From: an uncultured virus (IMG/VR IMGVR_UViG_2061766007_004331)
Taxonomy: Duplodnaviria > Heunggongvirae > Uroviricota > Caudoviricetes
Length of the DNA stretch: 46,080 nt
Strand: one strand, 5' to 3'
Virus record (IMG/VR): IMGVR_UViG_2061766007_004331
The notes beneath the pieces are model-generated. The model worked only from the letters and a program-made list of their open reading frames with translations, was not told where the DNA came from and made no database searches. A program made the position numbers and the translations under genes. Shown in pieces: positions 8,829 through 19,381 of the stretch (positions are counted from its first letter, which is position 1; each line of letters opens with the position of its first letter).

Positions 8829-10922
8829 AGATGCAGCACCCTTTCCGCAATTTCCTGGGTCCGACCCTGGTTGAAATAGTTAGTGCCCAGATACCCACAG
8901 ACACGGCGGCACACGTTCATGCGCTTTTCATCCCTGTTTCCGCAGTTCGGGCACTCCCAGATAAGCTTGCCATCTTCCTGTACAATTTGAATCTCTCCGT
9001 CAAAGCCGCAAACCTGACAGTAGTCACTCTTGGTATTCAGTTCCGCGTACATGATGTGATCGTAAATATACCGCATGACGGCCAGCACAGCGGGAATGTT
9101 GTTCTGCATGTTGGGTACTTCCACATAGGAGATTGCGCCGCCGGGAGACAGCGCCTGGAACTCCGCCTCAAAACCCAGCTTTGAGAAAGCGTCAATCGGT
9201 TCGGTCACGTGAACGTGATAGCTGTTGGTGATGTAATTCTTATCCGTGACATGCGGGATGACACCGAACCGGCGCTGGAGGCACTGCGCAAATTTGTAGG
9301 TGCTGCTCTCCATCGGGGTACCATACAGGCTGTAGGAGATGTTCTCAACCTCACGCCATTGGCGGGTCTTGGCGTTCAGGAATTCCATCACCTTCACGGC
9401 AAAGTCATGACCGGCGGGATCAGTATGGGATACGCCCTTCATCCGGTAGACACACTCGCACAGGCCGGCATAGCCCAGGGAGATGGTGGAGTAGTTGTCG
9501 TACAGCAGCTTATCGATCTTCTCGCCCTTGCCGAGCCGGGCAATTGCGCCGTGCTGCCAGAGGATTGGGGCGACATCTGACGGTGTACCCAACAGGGTCT
9601 CATGCCGGATTCGAAGCGCTTTGTGGCATAGCTCAGTACGCTCCTCCATGAGCCTCNNNNNNNNNNNNNNNNNNNNNNNNNNNNNNNNNNNNNNNNNNNN
9701 NNNNNNNNNNNNNNNNNNNNNNNNNNNNNNNNNNNNNNNNNNNNNNNNNNNNNNNNNNNNNNNNNNNNNNNNNNNNNNNNNNNNNNNNNNNNNNNNNNNN
9801 NNNNNNNNNNNNNNNNNNNNNNNNNNNNNNNNNNNNNNNNNNNNNNNNNNNNNNNNNNNNNNNNNNNNNNNNNNNNNNNNNNNNNNNNNNNNNNNNNNNN
9901 NNNNNNNNNNNNNNNNNNNNNNNNNNNNNNNNNNNNNNNNNNNNNNNNNNNNNNNNNNNNNNNNNNNNNNNNNNNNNNNNNNNNNNNNNNNNNNNNNNNN
10001 NNNNNNNNNNNNNNNNNNNNNNNNNNNNNNNNNNNNNNNNNNNNNNNNNNNNNNNNNNNNNNNNNNNNNNNNNNNNNNNNNNNNNNNNNNNNNNNNNNNN
10101 NNNNNNNNNNNNNNNNNNNNNNNNNNNNNNNNNNNNNNNNNNNNNNNNNNNNNNNNNNNNNNNNNNNNNNNNNNNNNNNNNNNNNNNNNNNNNNNNNNNN
10201 NNNNNNNNNNNNNNNNNNNNNNNNNNNNNNNNNNNNNNNNNNNNNNNNNNNNNNNNNNNNNNNNNNNNNNNNNNNNNNNNNNNNNNNNNNNNNNNNNNNN
10301 NNNNNNNNNNNNNNNNNNNNNNNNNNNNNNNNNNNNNNNNNNNNNNNNNNNNNNNNNNNNNNNNNNNNNNNNNNNNNNNNNNNNNNNNNNNNNNNNNNNN
10401 NNNNNNNNNNNNNNNNNNNNNNNNNNNNNNNNNNNNNNNNNNNNNNNNNNNNNNNNNNNNNNNNNNNNNNNNNNNNNNNNNNNNNNNNNNNNNNNNNNNN
10501 NNNNNNNNNNNNNNNNNNNNNNNNNNNNNNNNNNNNNNNNNNNNNNNNNNNNNNNNNNNNNNNTTGGCGTTCTCCTGCCGCGCGGTCTCACTGTCATGCC
10601 GAAGGAGCGCCAGGATTTTTTTGTCCGTCGTGTTCCGCTCACGCAGCTGTGCGTGCTTCATGCGGTACTCACTGTAGTGGAGCGCCAGGCGGGCATGATC
10701 CGCTTCGACCAGCTCATCGATCACCATGTCCTGGATCTCTTCCACATGGACCGGACGGTTGAGCTCGTGAATCCGGCGCTCGATCCTGCCGACGATAAAG
10801 CCGATCTCTATCTCAGACAACCGGTCCTTGGGATCGACCTCTTTATTGGCCACATCAATGGCGGTGATAATCTTGCTGAAGTCATAGGGTACTTCGCGCC
10901 CATCGCGCTTGATGATTTTCAT
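8825..10922 (-). CDS. nrdD: anaerobic (class III) ribonucleoside-triphosphate reductase, middle in gap
   Basis: ATP cone MKIIKRDGR, YITNSYHV, GGAISYVE, CxxC..CxxC, RRVCGYLG glycyl-radical motif. Confidence 0.95.
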
Positions 10923-10947
10923 TCAGGTAGTTCCTCCAATCATGGGT

Positions 10948-11280
10948 TCAAGTCGGGCTCAATGTTTTTGTTTTTGCAAAGCCCTGTGCTATGTCAGCAT
11001 CGACCTTTTCAACGATCTTCTTGGCGTCATCGGCGCTTTCCACCCGGTAGGCATAGCCGCCAGCAACGCTGATCTTCTTCAATGCACGCTTCTGCAATTC
11101 AGTCAGATGACCGCCCGGCAGCTTGCACTCCATTCCGATGAACCGGCCTTTATAGCAGATGATGATGTCAGGAATGCCGGAGGTGCCGTAAAGCCCTCCG
11201 TGTTCCTTCCAGAAGAAAACGTTCTTTCCCAGGGACGTCAGGTAAGCCTTAACGGCCGCGACGATATCACGTTCAAGCAG
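10948..11280 (-). CDS. VRR-NUC domain nuclease
   Basis: LERDIV..GIPDIIICYKGRFIGMECK PD-(D/E)XK motif; start placed after AAGGAG RBS, uncertain. Confidence 0.85.
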   Translation of the reverse strand: MLERDIVAAVKAYLTSLGKNVFFWKEHGGLYGTSGIPDIIICYKGRFIGMECKLPGGHLTELQKRALKKISVAGGYAYRVESADDAKKIVEKVDADIAQGFAKTKTLSPT

Positions 11281-11299
11281 ATGAATCAGCTCCTTTTGC

Positions 11300-12736
11300 T
11301 CAATTACGGGAAGAAACACTCTCGTGAATCCTGGCCTTCACAGCATTCAGGAGGGCATCCTGCCCGACGGCTTTGTCTTTGAGGGCACGCATGACCTGTT
11401 CGTCCATAGTGCCCTTGGTGATGAGATGATGGATGACCACGGTGTCCTTTTGCCCTTGCCGCCATAGGCGGGCGTTGGCCTGCTCATACAGCTCCAACGA
11501 CCAGGTCAGTCCAAACCAGATGATGGTGCTGCCACCGGCCTGCAGATTCAGGCCATGCCCGGTGGAAGCGGGCTGTGTCACCGCAATGGGTATCTTTCCT
11601 GCGTTCCAGTCAGCCATGTCCTGCTCTGTAACCAGTTGTCGGACACCGTTGGGGTTATCAGGGTACTTACCGAAACGCTCCTGAATGCGAGTCAGGTCGT
11701 GCTGGAAGCTGTAGAGCACCAGGACAGGCTTTCCGTTTGCCGCTTCGATGAGATCTTCCAGCGCGTCCAGCTTTTGATTATGGACGACCTTCACATTGTG
11801 GTATTCATCGTAGCAGGCACCATTAGCCAGCTGGAGGAGCTTGCCAGCCAGGGTCGCTGCGTTCAGCGCCAGAATGTCACCGTCCGCATAAGGGAGAAGC
11901 ATGTCGCGTTCCATCTGCTTGTACAGTTTCATCTCCCGTGAAGATAGGCTTAGCTCCACCATGTTCTCCACACGCTCCGGCATGTTCAGGTGATCCGTAG
12001 CCTTCATGGACACACAGATGTCGGAGAGTTTCTTATAGATGGCATCCTCAGCGCCGGTCTTCAATTCGTGCTTATAGGGCAGCCAACTATTGGGAGTGCA
12101 GAAATACAGGTCAATGTAAGTGTGAAAGGTACGCCCGAGTCGAGCGCCCTTGTCCAAAAGAAAAACCTGCGGCCAGAGCTCCTCAAGGGAGTTGGGGGCA
12201 GGTGTTCCGGTCAGACCGATGACTCTTTTGAATTGTGATATGACTTTCTTCAGCGCGGAGAAACGTTTGGATCGGTAGTTTTTGAACGATGAAAGCTCAT
12301 CCAGCACCAGCATGTCGAAGGGAAGTCGGCGACCTGCATAATGCTTGACCAGCCATTCTGTGTTTTCCCGGTTAATCACATAGATGTCAGCGCGTTCACC
12401 CAGAGCACGGAGCCGGTCTTTTTCGCTGCCGATGATCCGCTGCATCGTGAGCCCGGTTAAGTGTGCCCACTTAGCCAGCTCCGCTTGCCAGGTGTCGCGG
12501 GCTACACGAAGTGGGGCGATAATGAGTACACGGTTGACATCATACCAGTCGTGCATCAGGTGCTCGATGGCCGTCAACGTGATTACAGTTTTCCCAAGAC
12601 CACAGTCAAGGAATAAAGCACATTGCGGATGCTGCTCTACGAACTCCACGCAGAATCTCTGATAATCGTGGAGGCTGTTTTCGGAGAGCAGCGGGGAAAG
12701 GGGAGGACTATTGTTTGGTGGAATGATTTCTGACAT
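11300..12736 (-). CDS. phage SNF2-like DEAD/DEAH helicase
   Basis: HDYQ, LDCGLGKT, LDELSSFK, GLTGTP, GHGLNLQAGG, QANARLWRQGQ. Confidence 0.92.
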   Translation of the reverse strand: MSEIIPPNNSPPLSPLLSENSLHDYQRFCVEFVEQHPQCALFLDCGLGKTVITLTAIEHLMHDWYDVNRVLIIAPLRVARDTWQAELAKWAHLTGLTMQRIIGSEKDRLRALGERADIYVINRENTEWLVKHYAGRRLPFDMLVLDELSSFKNYRSKRFSALKKVISQFKRVIGLTGTPAPNSLEELWPQVFLLDKGARLGRTFHTYIDLYFCTPNSWLPYKHELKTGAEDAIYKKLSDICVSMKATDHLNMPERVENMVELSLSSREMKLYKQMERDMLLPYADGDILALNAATLAGKLLQLANGACYDEYHNVKVVHNQKLDALEDLIEAANGKPVLVLYSFQHDLTRIQERFGKYPDNPNGVRQLVTEQDMADWNAGKIPIAVTQPASTGHGLNLQAGGSTIIWFGLTWSLELYEQANARLWRQGQKDTVVIHHLITKGTMDEQVMRALKDKAVGQDALLNAVKARIHESVSSRN

Positions 12737-12819
12737 TGACACCTCCTGCGATCGGTCATGGGGGCGGGTGAAGCGGCCCCGGAAGGTTGCCTTTGAGCGA
12801 AAATGAAACNNNNNNNNNN

Positions 12820-13659
12820 ATAGATCAGTTTCGGGAAGGCAGGAGACACCCAAACGCCCACCTCATTCTTGATTCCCTGATAGCGCTGCTTCAGGGTTTC
12901 TTCGATGATCAGGGCGAGATCTTTCCTGATTTGTCCTTCCGGCGCTTCATCCAGGTACATAAAGACCGACACAAAGGGGGTCTGGCCATTGGTGGTCAGC
13001 AGGGTCTGAATCTGGTACTGAATCGTCTGCACGCCACGGTTGATCTCTTTCCGGACGCGCATTTCCGCAATCCGATAGATCTCATTGTCAGAGCAGATGC
13101 AGCCGACCTCTTGCATTTCTTCTCGGACTTCCTTGCGGTATTTCTGCCGGGAGATGTCTACGAACGGCGCGAGGTGTGCCAGGGAGATGGTCTGCCCGCC
13201 GTAGGTGTTGCTGGCGACCTGGGCGATGATCTGGGTGGCGATATTGCAGGCAGTGGAAAAGCTGTGGGGCTTTTCAATCAGGGTGCCGGTGATGACGGTG
13301 CCGTTTTGCAGCATGTCTTCCAGATTGACTAGCTCACAGTTGGAGATCGGGCCAGACACATAGCCCATATCGTGGATGTGGATCATACCCTCATCATGGG
13401 CATGGATGACATCCTCGGGAAAGATGTACCGCCGACAGATATCCTCGGAAACCTCTGATGCCAGGTAATCCCGCATGGTGCTGTTGATGATGGGGTCTTT
13501 GTTGGCGTTCTCCTGCCGAGCTGTCTCGCTGTCATGACTGAGGAGAGCCAGGATCTTTTTGTCCGTGGTGTTCCGCTCACGCAGCTGAGCGTGCTTCATG
13601 CGATACTCGCTGTAGTGGAGCGCCAGGCGGGCATGATCCGCTTCGACCAGCTCATCGAT
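12820..13659 (-). CDS. nrdD: internal nrdD fragment (second allele or misplaced contig)
   Basis: ENANKD, HIHDM..NCELV, QVASNTYGGQTI, TNGQTPFVS, AFPKLIY; overlaps the 10564-10721 copy with about 12 substitutions. Confidence 0.85.
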
Positions 13660-13669
13660 NNNNNNNNNN

Positions 13670-13900
13670 TTTCTCCTACGCGCGTGTATACATACACACC
13701 TTTTTTCTTTTTATTCTTATTGTTTTTCTCAAGAATATATCAGTAACACAGTAACAAGCTTTTTTCCTTTCATATTATATGGGCATTATTACTGAGATGT
13801 GTTACCTGATCAGGTGCTCCGGTAACAGTAACAATGGGATTGATGAGCATCCGCTCATTTTGTTACCGCTGGTTTTTTACGGTAACAGAGAAAGTAACAT
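13670..13900. repeat. putative replication origin with GTAAC(A) repeats
   Basis: about 8 GTAACA/GTTAC copies in both orientations plus an AT-rich tract directly downstream of the primase-helicase. Confidence 0.6.
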
Positions 13901-13927
13901 GGGAGGATGCGCTACCAGACGAATAGA

Positions 13928-16420
13928 TTAGTTGGATGGCCTGAAGAAACACTTTTGCACGCCATACGGGGTACGCTGATTGACGGCAGGCCCGTTTTTC
14001 CAACCAATCTTAGCCAGGATGGACAGGATCTCATTACGATCGGATTTCCGGATCGCGCTGGGTTCACGGCCAAAGCACTCCACCCAAACCTCAATGACAG
14101 AGATGCTGTTGCGCAGGATCGAGCCCTTCTTATCCCCGCCCAGGAAGGGATCATCACGAAGGAATCCACGGCGGGCATTGATGTCCATCTTCATCCAATC
14201 ATCCGGGATCAGTTTGTCGAGGTATTCAACGATCAAGCCTTCACGATCATCGGTTTCCATGGCGTTTCGCTGAGCTGCTTTGGCGAGCGCCTCAATCTCT
14301 TCATCCAGAACAGGCTCTTCACCGTCGTTGTAAAGATACACAGCTTCGGANNNNNNNNNNNNNNNNNNNNNNNNNNNNNNNCTGTGCTTGGTGCCGCCGC
14401 CAGGTGTTTCAACCGGCCAGAAACGGCGGTTTCCTGTCGTATCGCGAAGAAAACCCTGCTCATTGGTCGTGCCGAAGAAAATGCACTGGCGCGGGTGCTT
14501 GGTAGGGCGCTTTGCAAAAGCAGCACGGTAGATGTCAACTTGCCTGGAAAGAAAGGAACGTAGGGTTTCAACTTCGGTCTTCTTCAAGCCGGCCAGCTCA
14601 CTGATTTCCAGGATCCAATATCCTTGCAGTTTCTCCGGAGCGGTTTTCCCGAGTCCGAGGTCAGACAAGGAAAAGGAATCAGAGAACCATTCTCCGCCCA
14701 GACGAGTAACGAGTGTGGATTTACCAATGCCCTGAGGACCGGAAAACACCAGCATAGAATCATGCTTGCATCCGGGTTCTTCAATCCTGCGGACAGCGCC
14801 CACCAATGTCTTTCGTGTGACAGTGCGCACATAAGCGTTATCTGGAGAACCAAGGTAATCGATCAGCAAGGTTTCCACGCGGGGAACGCCATCCCAAGGA
14901 GGAAGGTGTGCCAGGTATTCACGGATGGGATGATAAGAGCGCTCGTCGGCTACCGTTGTCAGCGCAACATCAAATGTACGCTCGGAGAAGTTGCCATATT
15001 CGCCGGTAATGTAAGTCACCAGCTGACTGTCATCCGCATCGCGCCAGAATTTACCGGGATGCTCCCAGGGGACTTGAGCGATCTCATCCCTGATCTCGAT
15101 TCCGTCTGAAAGGGCGTTATATGAGATGCCTTTCAGTCGCGGATCGTTCCGAAGGATCAGGAGAAGGTTATTCAGTGTATTCTTGACCTCGCCACTCTTG
15201 TCTACCTCCAGGTGACTCTTGATGGTCATGATCTGTTGCTCGATCTCTTCCTCAGTGAGAGGTACAGATGTGTTGCTGGCAGGCTCTGCAGAAGGCTCGT
15301 CCGTAACAGGTGTTCCGCCATTATTATTGTTTTTCTTTGAAGTACCTGGCAGGATGGAAAAGTCCAGATTGATCTCCGCTTTCCGGTCCGCTGCCAGCTG
15401 AAGCTTCGTGGCAGGGTCCTTGGTCGCATAGTCGGCCATGGCGGCAACGGATGCCTTTTCGTCCTTGNNNNNNNNNNNNNNNNNNNTACCAGGGGCGAAC
15501 AGATGCCAGCGTACCAGGTCGAAGGCGTTACACAGCTTCCCGGAAGCAGGGTCAGTGGCATGATGGCTGAAGGCAAACTTGTCATCGTACACCACTAAAC
15601 CGCCGGTGGAGGTGCCGTCCACATAGGTGTAGCGGTTTTCCAGCGGGGTCGGATTATAGCGGTTCTTCAGGATGCCTTCCATCAGGTTGGAGATGGTGTG
15701 GGCGCGACAGAAGGCACCCACGACCCCCCGCTTTTCCAGCGGGNNNNNNNNNNNNNNNNNNNNNNNNTTGCCTACATGCGTTTCGATTGGAGCAGTGGTA
15801 GGCCAGAGAGAAGCGTCATGCCAGTCAGCATAGGTGCCGAGGACTTCATCCGCATTGACGAACTTACCGGGGACGTAGTCGAAAACGAACTCGCCGTCTT
15901 CTGGTGTTGAGGGCCAGTACATCAGGCGGGCCGCTTCAAAAGTCGTAGGATCGAAGCGGGAAAGCGTTAGCATATCGGCCAGCCGGCGGGAGATTGCAGC
16001 GTACTCGTCCGGCGTGACATCTCGGTTCAACGGGATGACCACACGGTAGCGGGGCTTCTCTGGCGTATGGCTGTGGGTTGAGTACAGAGCATAAGTGTAC
16101 GGGAAGGACAGCTCCAGGTCGGAGCGGAGCTCAGCGTCACCGTTATCGCAGTCCAGGCACACCAGACAGCGATTGACGATGGAGGCATTGTTGCGCTTGC
16201 CGTTCCTCAAGTAGCCGCCAACAAAGCCGCCGATGTCCTTGATGGTATCGCGTTCGGACTTGGGCAGATGGGCAAACTCAGCAACTGTCTCCCGGGTGCG
16301 GGTGGTGGAAGCAAGCTTATCCAGCAGCTCACTCCACAGGTACTCCTTGTTCTGCCAGCTGACAGCTTTTCGGCTGCGACCGACAGCGATCAGGAGCTTA
16401 CGGTCTTCGGTTACTATCAT
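13928..16420 (-). CDS. phage primase/helicase, virulence-associated protein E (VapE/VirE) family
   Basis: N-terminal primase-like LDCD..YSTHSH; C-terminal Walker A GPQGIGKS, FFGTTN, DTTGNRRFWP; GGAGGT RBS. Confidence 0.92.
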   Translation of the reverse strand: MIVTEDRKLLIAVGRSRKAVSWQNKEYLWSELLDKLASTTRTRETVAEFAHLPKSERDTIKDIGGFVGGYLRNGKRNNASIVNRCLVCLDCDNGDAELRSDLELSFPYTYALYSTHSHTPEKPRYRVVIPLNRDVTPDEYAAISRRLADMLTLSRFDPTTFEAARLMYWPSTPEDGEFVFDYVPGKFVNADEVLGTYADWHDASLWPTTAPIETHVGXXXXXXXXXPLEKRGVVGAFCRAHTISNLMEGILKNRYNPTPLENRYTYVDGTSTGGLVVYDDKFAFSHHATDPASGKLCNAFDLVRWHLFAPGXXXXXXXKDEKASVAAMADYATKDPATKLQLAADRKAEINLDFSILPGTSKKNNNNGGTPVTDEPSAEPASNTSVPLTEEEIEQQIMTIKSHLEVDKSGEVKNTLNNLLLILRNDPRLKGISYNALSDGIEIRDEIAQVPWEHPGKFWRDADDSQLVTYITGEYGNFSERTFDVALTTVADERSYHPIREYLAHLPPWDGVPRVETLLIDYLGSPDNAYVRTVTRKTLVGAVRRIEEPGCKHDSMLVFSGPQGIGKSTLVTRLGGEWFSDSFSLSDLGLGKTAPEKLQGYWILEISELAGLKKTEVETLRSFLSRQVDIYRAAFAKRPTKHPRQCIFFGTTNEQGFLRDTTGNRRFWPVETPGGGTKHXXXXXXXXXXXSEAVYLYNDGEEPVLDEEIEALAKAAQRNAMETDDREGLIVEYLDKLIPDDWMKMDINARRGFLRDDPFLGGDKKGSILRNSISVIEVWVECFGREPSAIRKSDRNEILSILAKIGWKNGPAVNQRTPYGVQKCFFRPSN

Positions 16421-16462
16421 GGGATTGGGTACCTCCAATTCAATTATTAGATGCGCCTTTGT

Positions 16463-16543
16463 CCAACTTGAAGGACAGAAAGACGCCATATCGAAGGTTG
16501 AAATACTGCCAACTCGAAGGACAATATTGAGCCAACTCAAAGG
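16463..16543 (+). repeat. 4 direct repeats CCAACTCGAAGG-like at 23-bp period
   Basis: units start at 16463, 16486, 16509, 16532. Confidence 0.8.
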
Positions 16544-16549
16544 TTTTAC

Positions 16550-16578
16550 TTGATTGTTTGCAAACAATAGGGTATACT
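16550..16578 (+). promoter_or_regulatory. sigma-A promoter with palindromic operator
   Basis: TTGATT-17-TATACT; perfect palindrome ATTGTTTGCAAACAAT at 16553-16568. Confidence 0.65.
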
Positions 16579-16600
16579 AATGTGCAAGGAGGGGTGGGTA

Positions 16601-18475
16601 ATGCAAGATTATAAGCCGCGTGTTGCAGATGAGCTAATTTCAAGAAGGCTGCGGAATAAAGGGGCAATCCTTGTTGAAGGTGCGAAGTGGTGCGGAAAAA
16701 CTACTACCTGTGAGCAACAGGCTCATAGCATCTTGTATTTAAGTGACCCTGATCAGGCAACACAGTACATGCAACTGGCGGATATTAGTCCTCGAGTTTT
16801 GTTACGAGGAGAGAGTCCGAGGTTGATCGACGAGTGGCAGATGGCTCCTAAGCTTTGGGATGCGGTTCGGTTTGAGGTAGATCATCGACCTGGATTTGGA
16901 CACTTTTTGTTAACAGGTTCGGCAGTGCCTGCTTCGATTGATGAAATCCATCATTCTGGAACGGGTCGTTTTGCCTGGGTAAAAATGCGTCCGATGAGTC
17001 TTTATGAGTCTGGAGAATCAACAGGCGAAATCAGCATCGGTTCCTTATTCAAGGAAGAGACAGAAGAGGTATTTGGTGAGAATCATCTCAACCTTGAGGA
17101 TATTACTTATCTGATCTGCNNNNNNNNNNTTAAGAGAAAAGATGGGGAGTCTCCCCTCCGTAGTGGTTGGACATGGGTCTTTCGACCAGCCCAAGTATAA
17201 TTATTTCTCTCCAGGATCAATCTCCTGCAAAAGCTTCTCAAAAGCTTCTTCAACGGAAACACATTCATCGTGGATTGCTTCAGTATATCCCTTGGCCATC
17301 CTGTCATTAAACTCTGCTTCTGTCATCTCGTCGAGTGCCTTCAGACGTTTTTCCCTTTCCGCATCGTCCAGTTTGTATTCCTCAAGTAGGAGTTCAGCAA
17401 GATATCCGTCACTATGACAATGCAGATCAGAAATGCCTTCACGAATGAGTTCATAGGTGGCTGAATGGTAGAAAAAATCCAGCGCAGTCTCCCATGAGAT
17501 ATTGGCAATTTTCCCAAACTCTTCGACAATCCTCGCATATTTCATTTGAAGAAGTATCGGATCGGCCATCATACTGTAATTCCTTTCATCCTCGCTGCAT
17601 CGATGGTATCTCTAATAATCTATTTTCTCCTGTCACGAGATTTCATCAAGGCATACCCTCATCGGTTTTATGGTTTCAGACACCCAATCGGAACAATCAG
17701 CACGTCATCTTCTCTTTTATAGGCGTATGTTCCCGTTCCCGTTAAAACCATCAGGAAGGAAGGCGCTTTCATTCTTTCAATGTCAATGTTATCTGCAATA
17801 GCTTTCAAGTGCCGCGCTCCTTCTTCTATCAGCTTATCCCCGCCCAGCTTAATCTCAATTAAGCCGTATGAACCATTACGCAAATGCATCACTGCATCGC
17901 ATTCAAGTCCACTCTTTGTTCTGAAGTGATAAATGCTGCCATCNNNNNNNNNNTTACTATGATGCAGTCGTTAGATCCGATATCAGCCGGGTAGATGGTG
18001 TAGCTCGCAACGAGGAGAGAGCAAAGCTCTTGATGCGGTCGTATGCGAGAAACCAGGGCTCTCAAGTTCCATACACATCTATTTGTGAAGATATAAAAGC
18101 GAATGATGATGTGGATTTGAGCAAGGATACTGTCGTGTCCTATACGAATGCACTGAAAAAGATCTTTGTGATAGAAGATTCCCCGGCGTGGAGTCCGAAT
18201 CTCAGGTCACAAACTGCCATTCGTACATCTGATACCCGTTACTTTGTGGATCCATCTATTGCAACAGCAGCGATGGGCATTGGACCGGGGGATCTCTTGA
18301 ATGATCTGAATACATGCGGCCTCCTCTTTGAAACAATGTGTATACGAGATTTGAGAGTTTATGCGGATGTTCATGATGGCAGCATTTATCACTTCAGAAC
18401 AAAGAGTGGACTTGAATGCGATGCTGTGATGCATTTGCGTAATGGTTCATACGGCTTAATTGAGATTAAGCTGGG
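16601..18475 (+). CDS. AAA_14 ATPase with DUF4143 (scaffold-scrambled; its C-terminus is on the inverted contig at 17668-17943)
   Basis: EGAKWCGKT, LIDEWQ, LLTGSA; continues at 17954-18475 (RYFVDPS, GLLFE, ECDAV..LIEIK). Confidence 0.85.
17201..17572 (-). CDS. DUF3791-like protein
   Basis: ILLQMKYARIVE..ALDFFYHSATYELIREGISDLHCHSDGYLAE pattern. Confidence 0.7.
   Translation of the reverse strand: MMADPILLQMKYARIVEEFGKIANISWETALDFFYHSATYELIREGISDLHCHSDGYLAELLLEEYKLDDAEREKRLKALDEMTEAEFNDRMAKGYTEAIHDECVSVEEAFEKLLQEIDPGEK
17668..17943 (-). CDS. C-terminal part of the DUF4143 ATPase on a misoriented contig
   Basis: LIEIKLGGD..PSFLMVLTG..VPIGCLKP; about 100 bp is the reverse complement of 18376-18475. 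Confidence 0.75.
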   Translation of the reverse strand, partial: DGSIYHFRTKSGLECDAVMHLRNGSYGLIEIKLGGDKLIEEGARHLKAIADNIDIERMKAPSFLMVLTGTGTYAYKREDDVLIVPIGCLKP

Positions 18476-18942
18476 NNNNNNNNNNNNNNNNNNNNNNNNN
18501 NNNNNNNNNNNNNNNNNNNNNNNNNNNNNNNNNNNNNNNNNNNNNNNNNNNNNNNNNNNNNNNNNNNNNNNNNNNNNNNNNNNNNNNNNNNNNNNNNNNN
18601 NNNNNNNNNNNNNNNNNNNNNNNNNNNNNNNNNNNNNNNNNNNNNNNNNNNNNNNNNNNNNNNNNNNNNNNNNNNNNNNNNNNNNNNNNNNNNNNNNNNN
18701 NNNNNNNNNNNNNNNNNNNNNNNNNNNNNNNNNNNNNNNNNNNNNNNNNNNNNNNNNNNNNNNNNNNNNNNNNNNNNNNNNNNNNNNNNNNNNNNNNNNN
18801 NNNNNNNNNNNNNNNNNNNNNNNNNNNNNNNNNNNNNNNNNNNNNNNNNNNNNNNNNNNNNNNNNNNNNNNNNNNNNNNNNNNNNNNNNNNNNNNNNNNN
18901 NNNNNNNNNNNNNNNNNNNNNNNNNNNNNNNNNNNNNNNNNN

Positions 18943-19274
18943 CTTTCGGAGTGCGGATAAAGGTGTGGGGTTCCCAGAGGAGCTTTTCGTACTTCTCCAT
19001 CAGCTCATCAGGGAGGTCATCCAGGTCGCCTTCGCCCAGGCCGCACAGGAAGAACGTGCCCTTGATGGCTATGCCCGGACAGATATAACGGTTCCACTCC
19101 GTATCCTTGTACAGCCCTTCTTCGTCGCAGACAAGACCGACCGGGTCCTCGTCGAAGGGGTAGGTGACTTCGATGTAGCCGNNNNNNNNNNNNNNNNTTC
19201 TGCATGTCCTCCAGCGTGTGCGGAATCTCCGCGCGGCGCGGGTGCTTATGGGGTTCGATGATCAGAATCTTCAT
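18943..19274 (-). CDS. DUF3846-like protein (3' end in gap)
   Basis: MKILIIEP..LEDMQ..GYIEVTYPF..LVCDEEG..NR..GTFFLCG. Confidence 0.75.
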
Positions 19275-19381
19275 GGTGAATGGCATCCTCCTTTTACCGT
19301 TGGTGAACCATACATCACTCTTCATTGGGAATAATGCAAGCGGTGAAGTGATAACAAAGTGTGACGAAAGTGATATGTTTT

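Noticed and set aside
17130..18475. ~100-bp inverted repeat (17842-17943 vs 18376-18475) suggesting an invertible segment
   Set aside because: Both copies end at N gaps, and flipping the contig restores one intact ATPase gene; scaffolding artefact.
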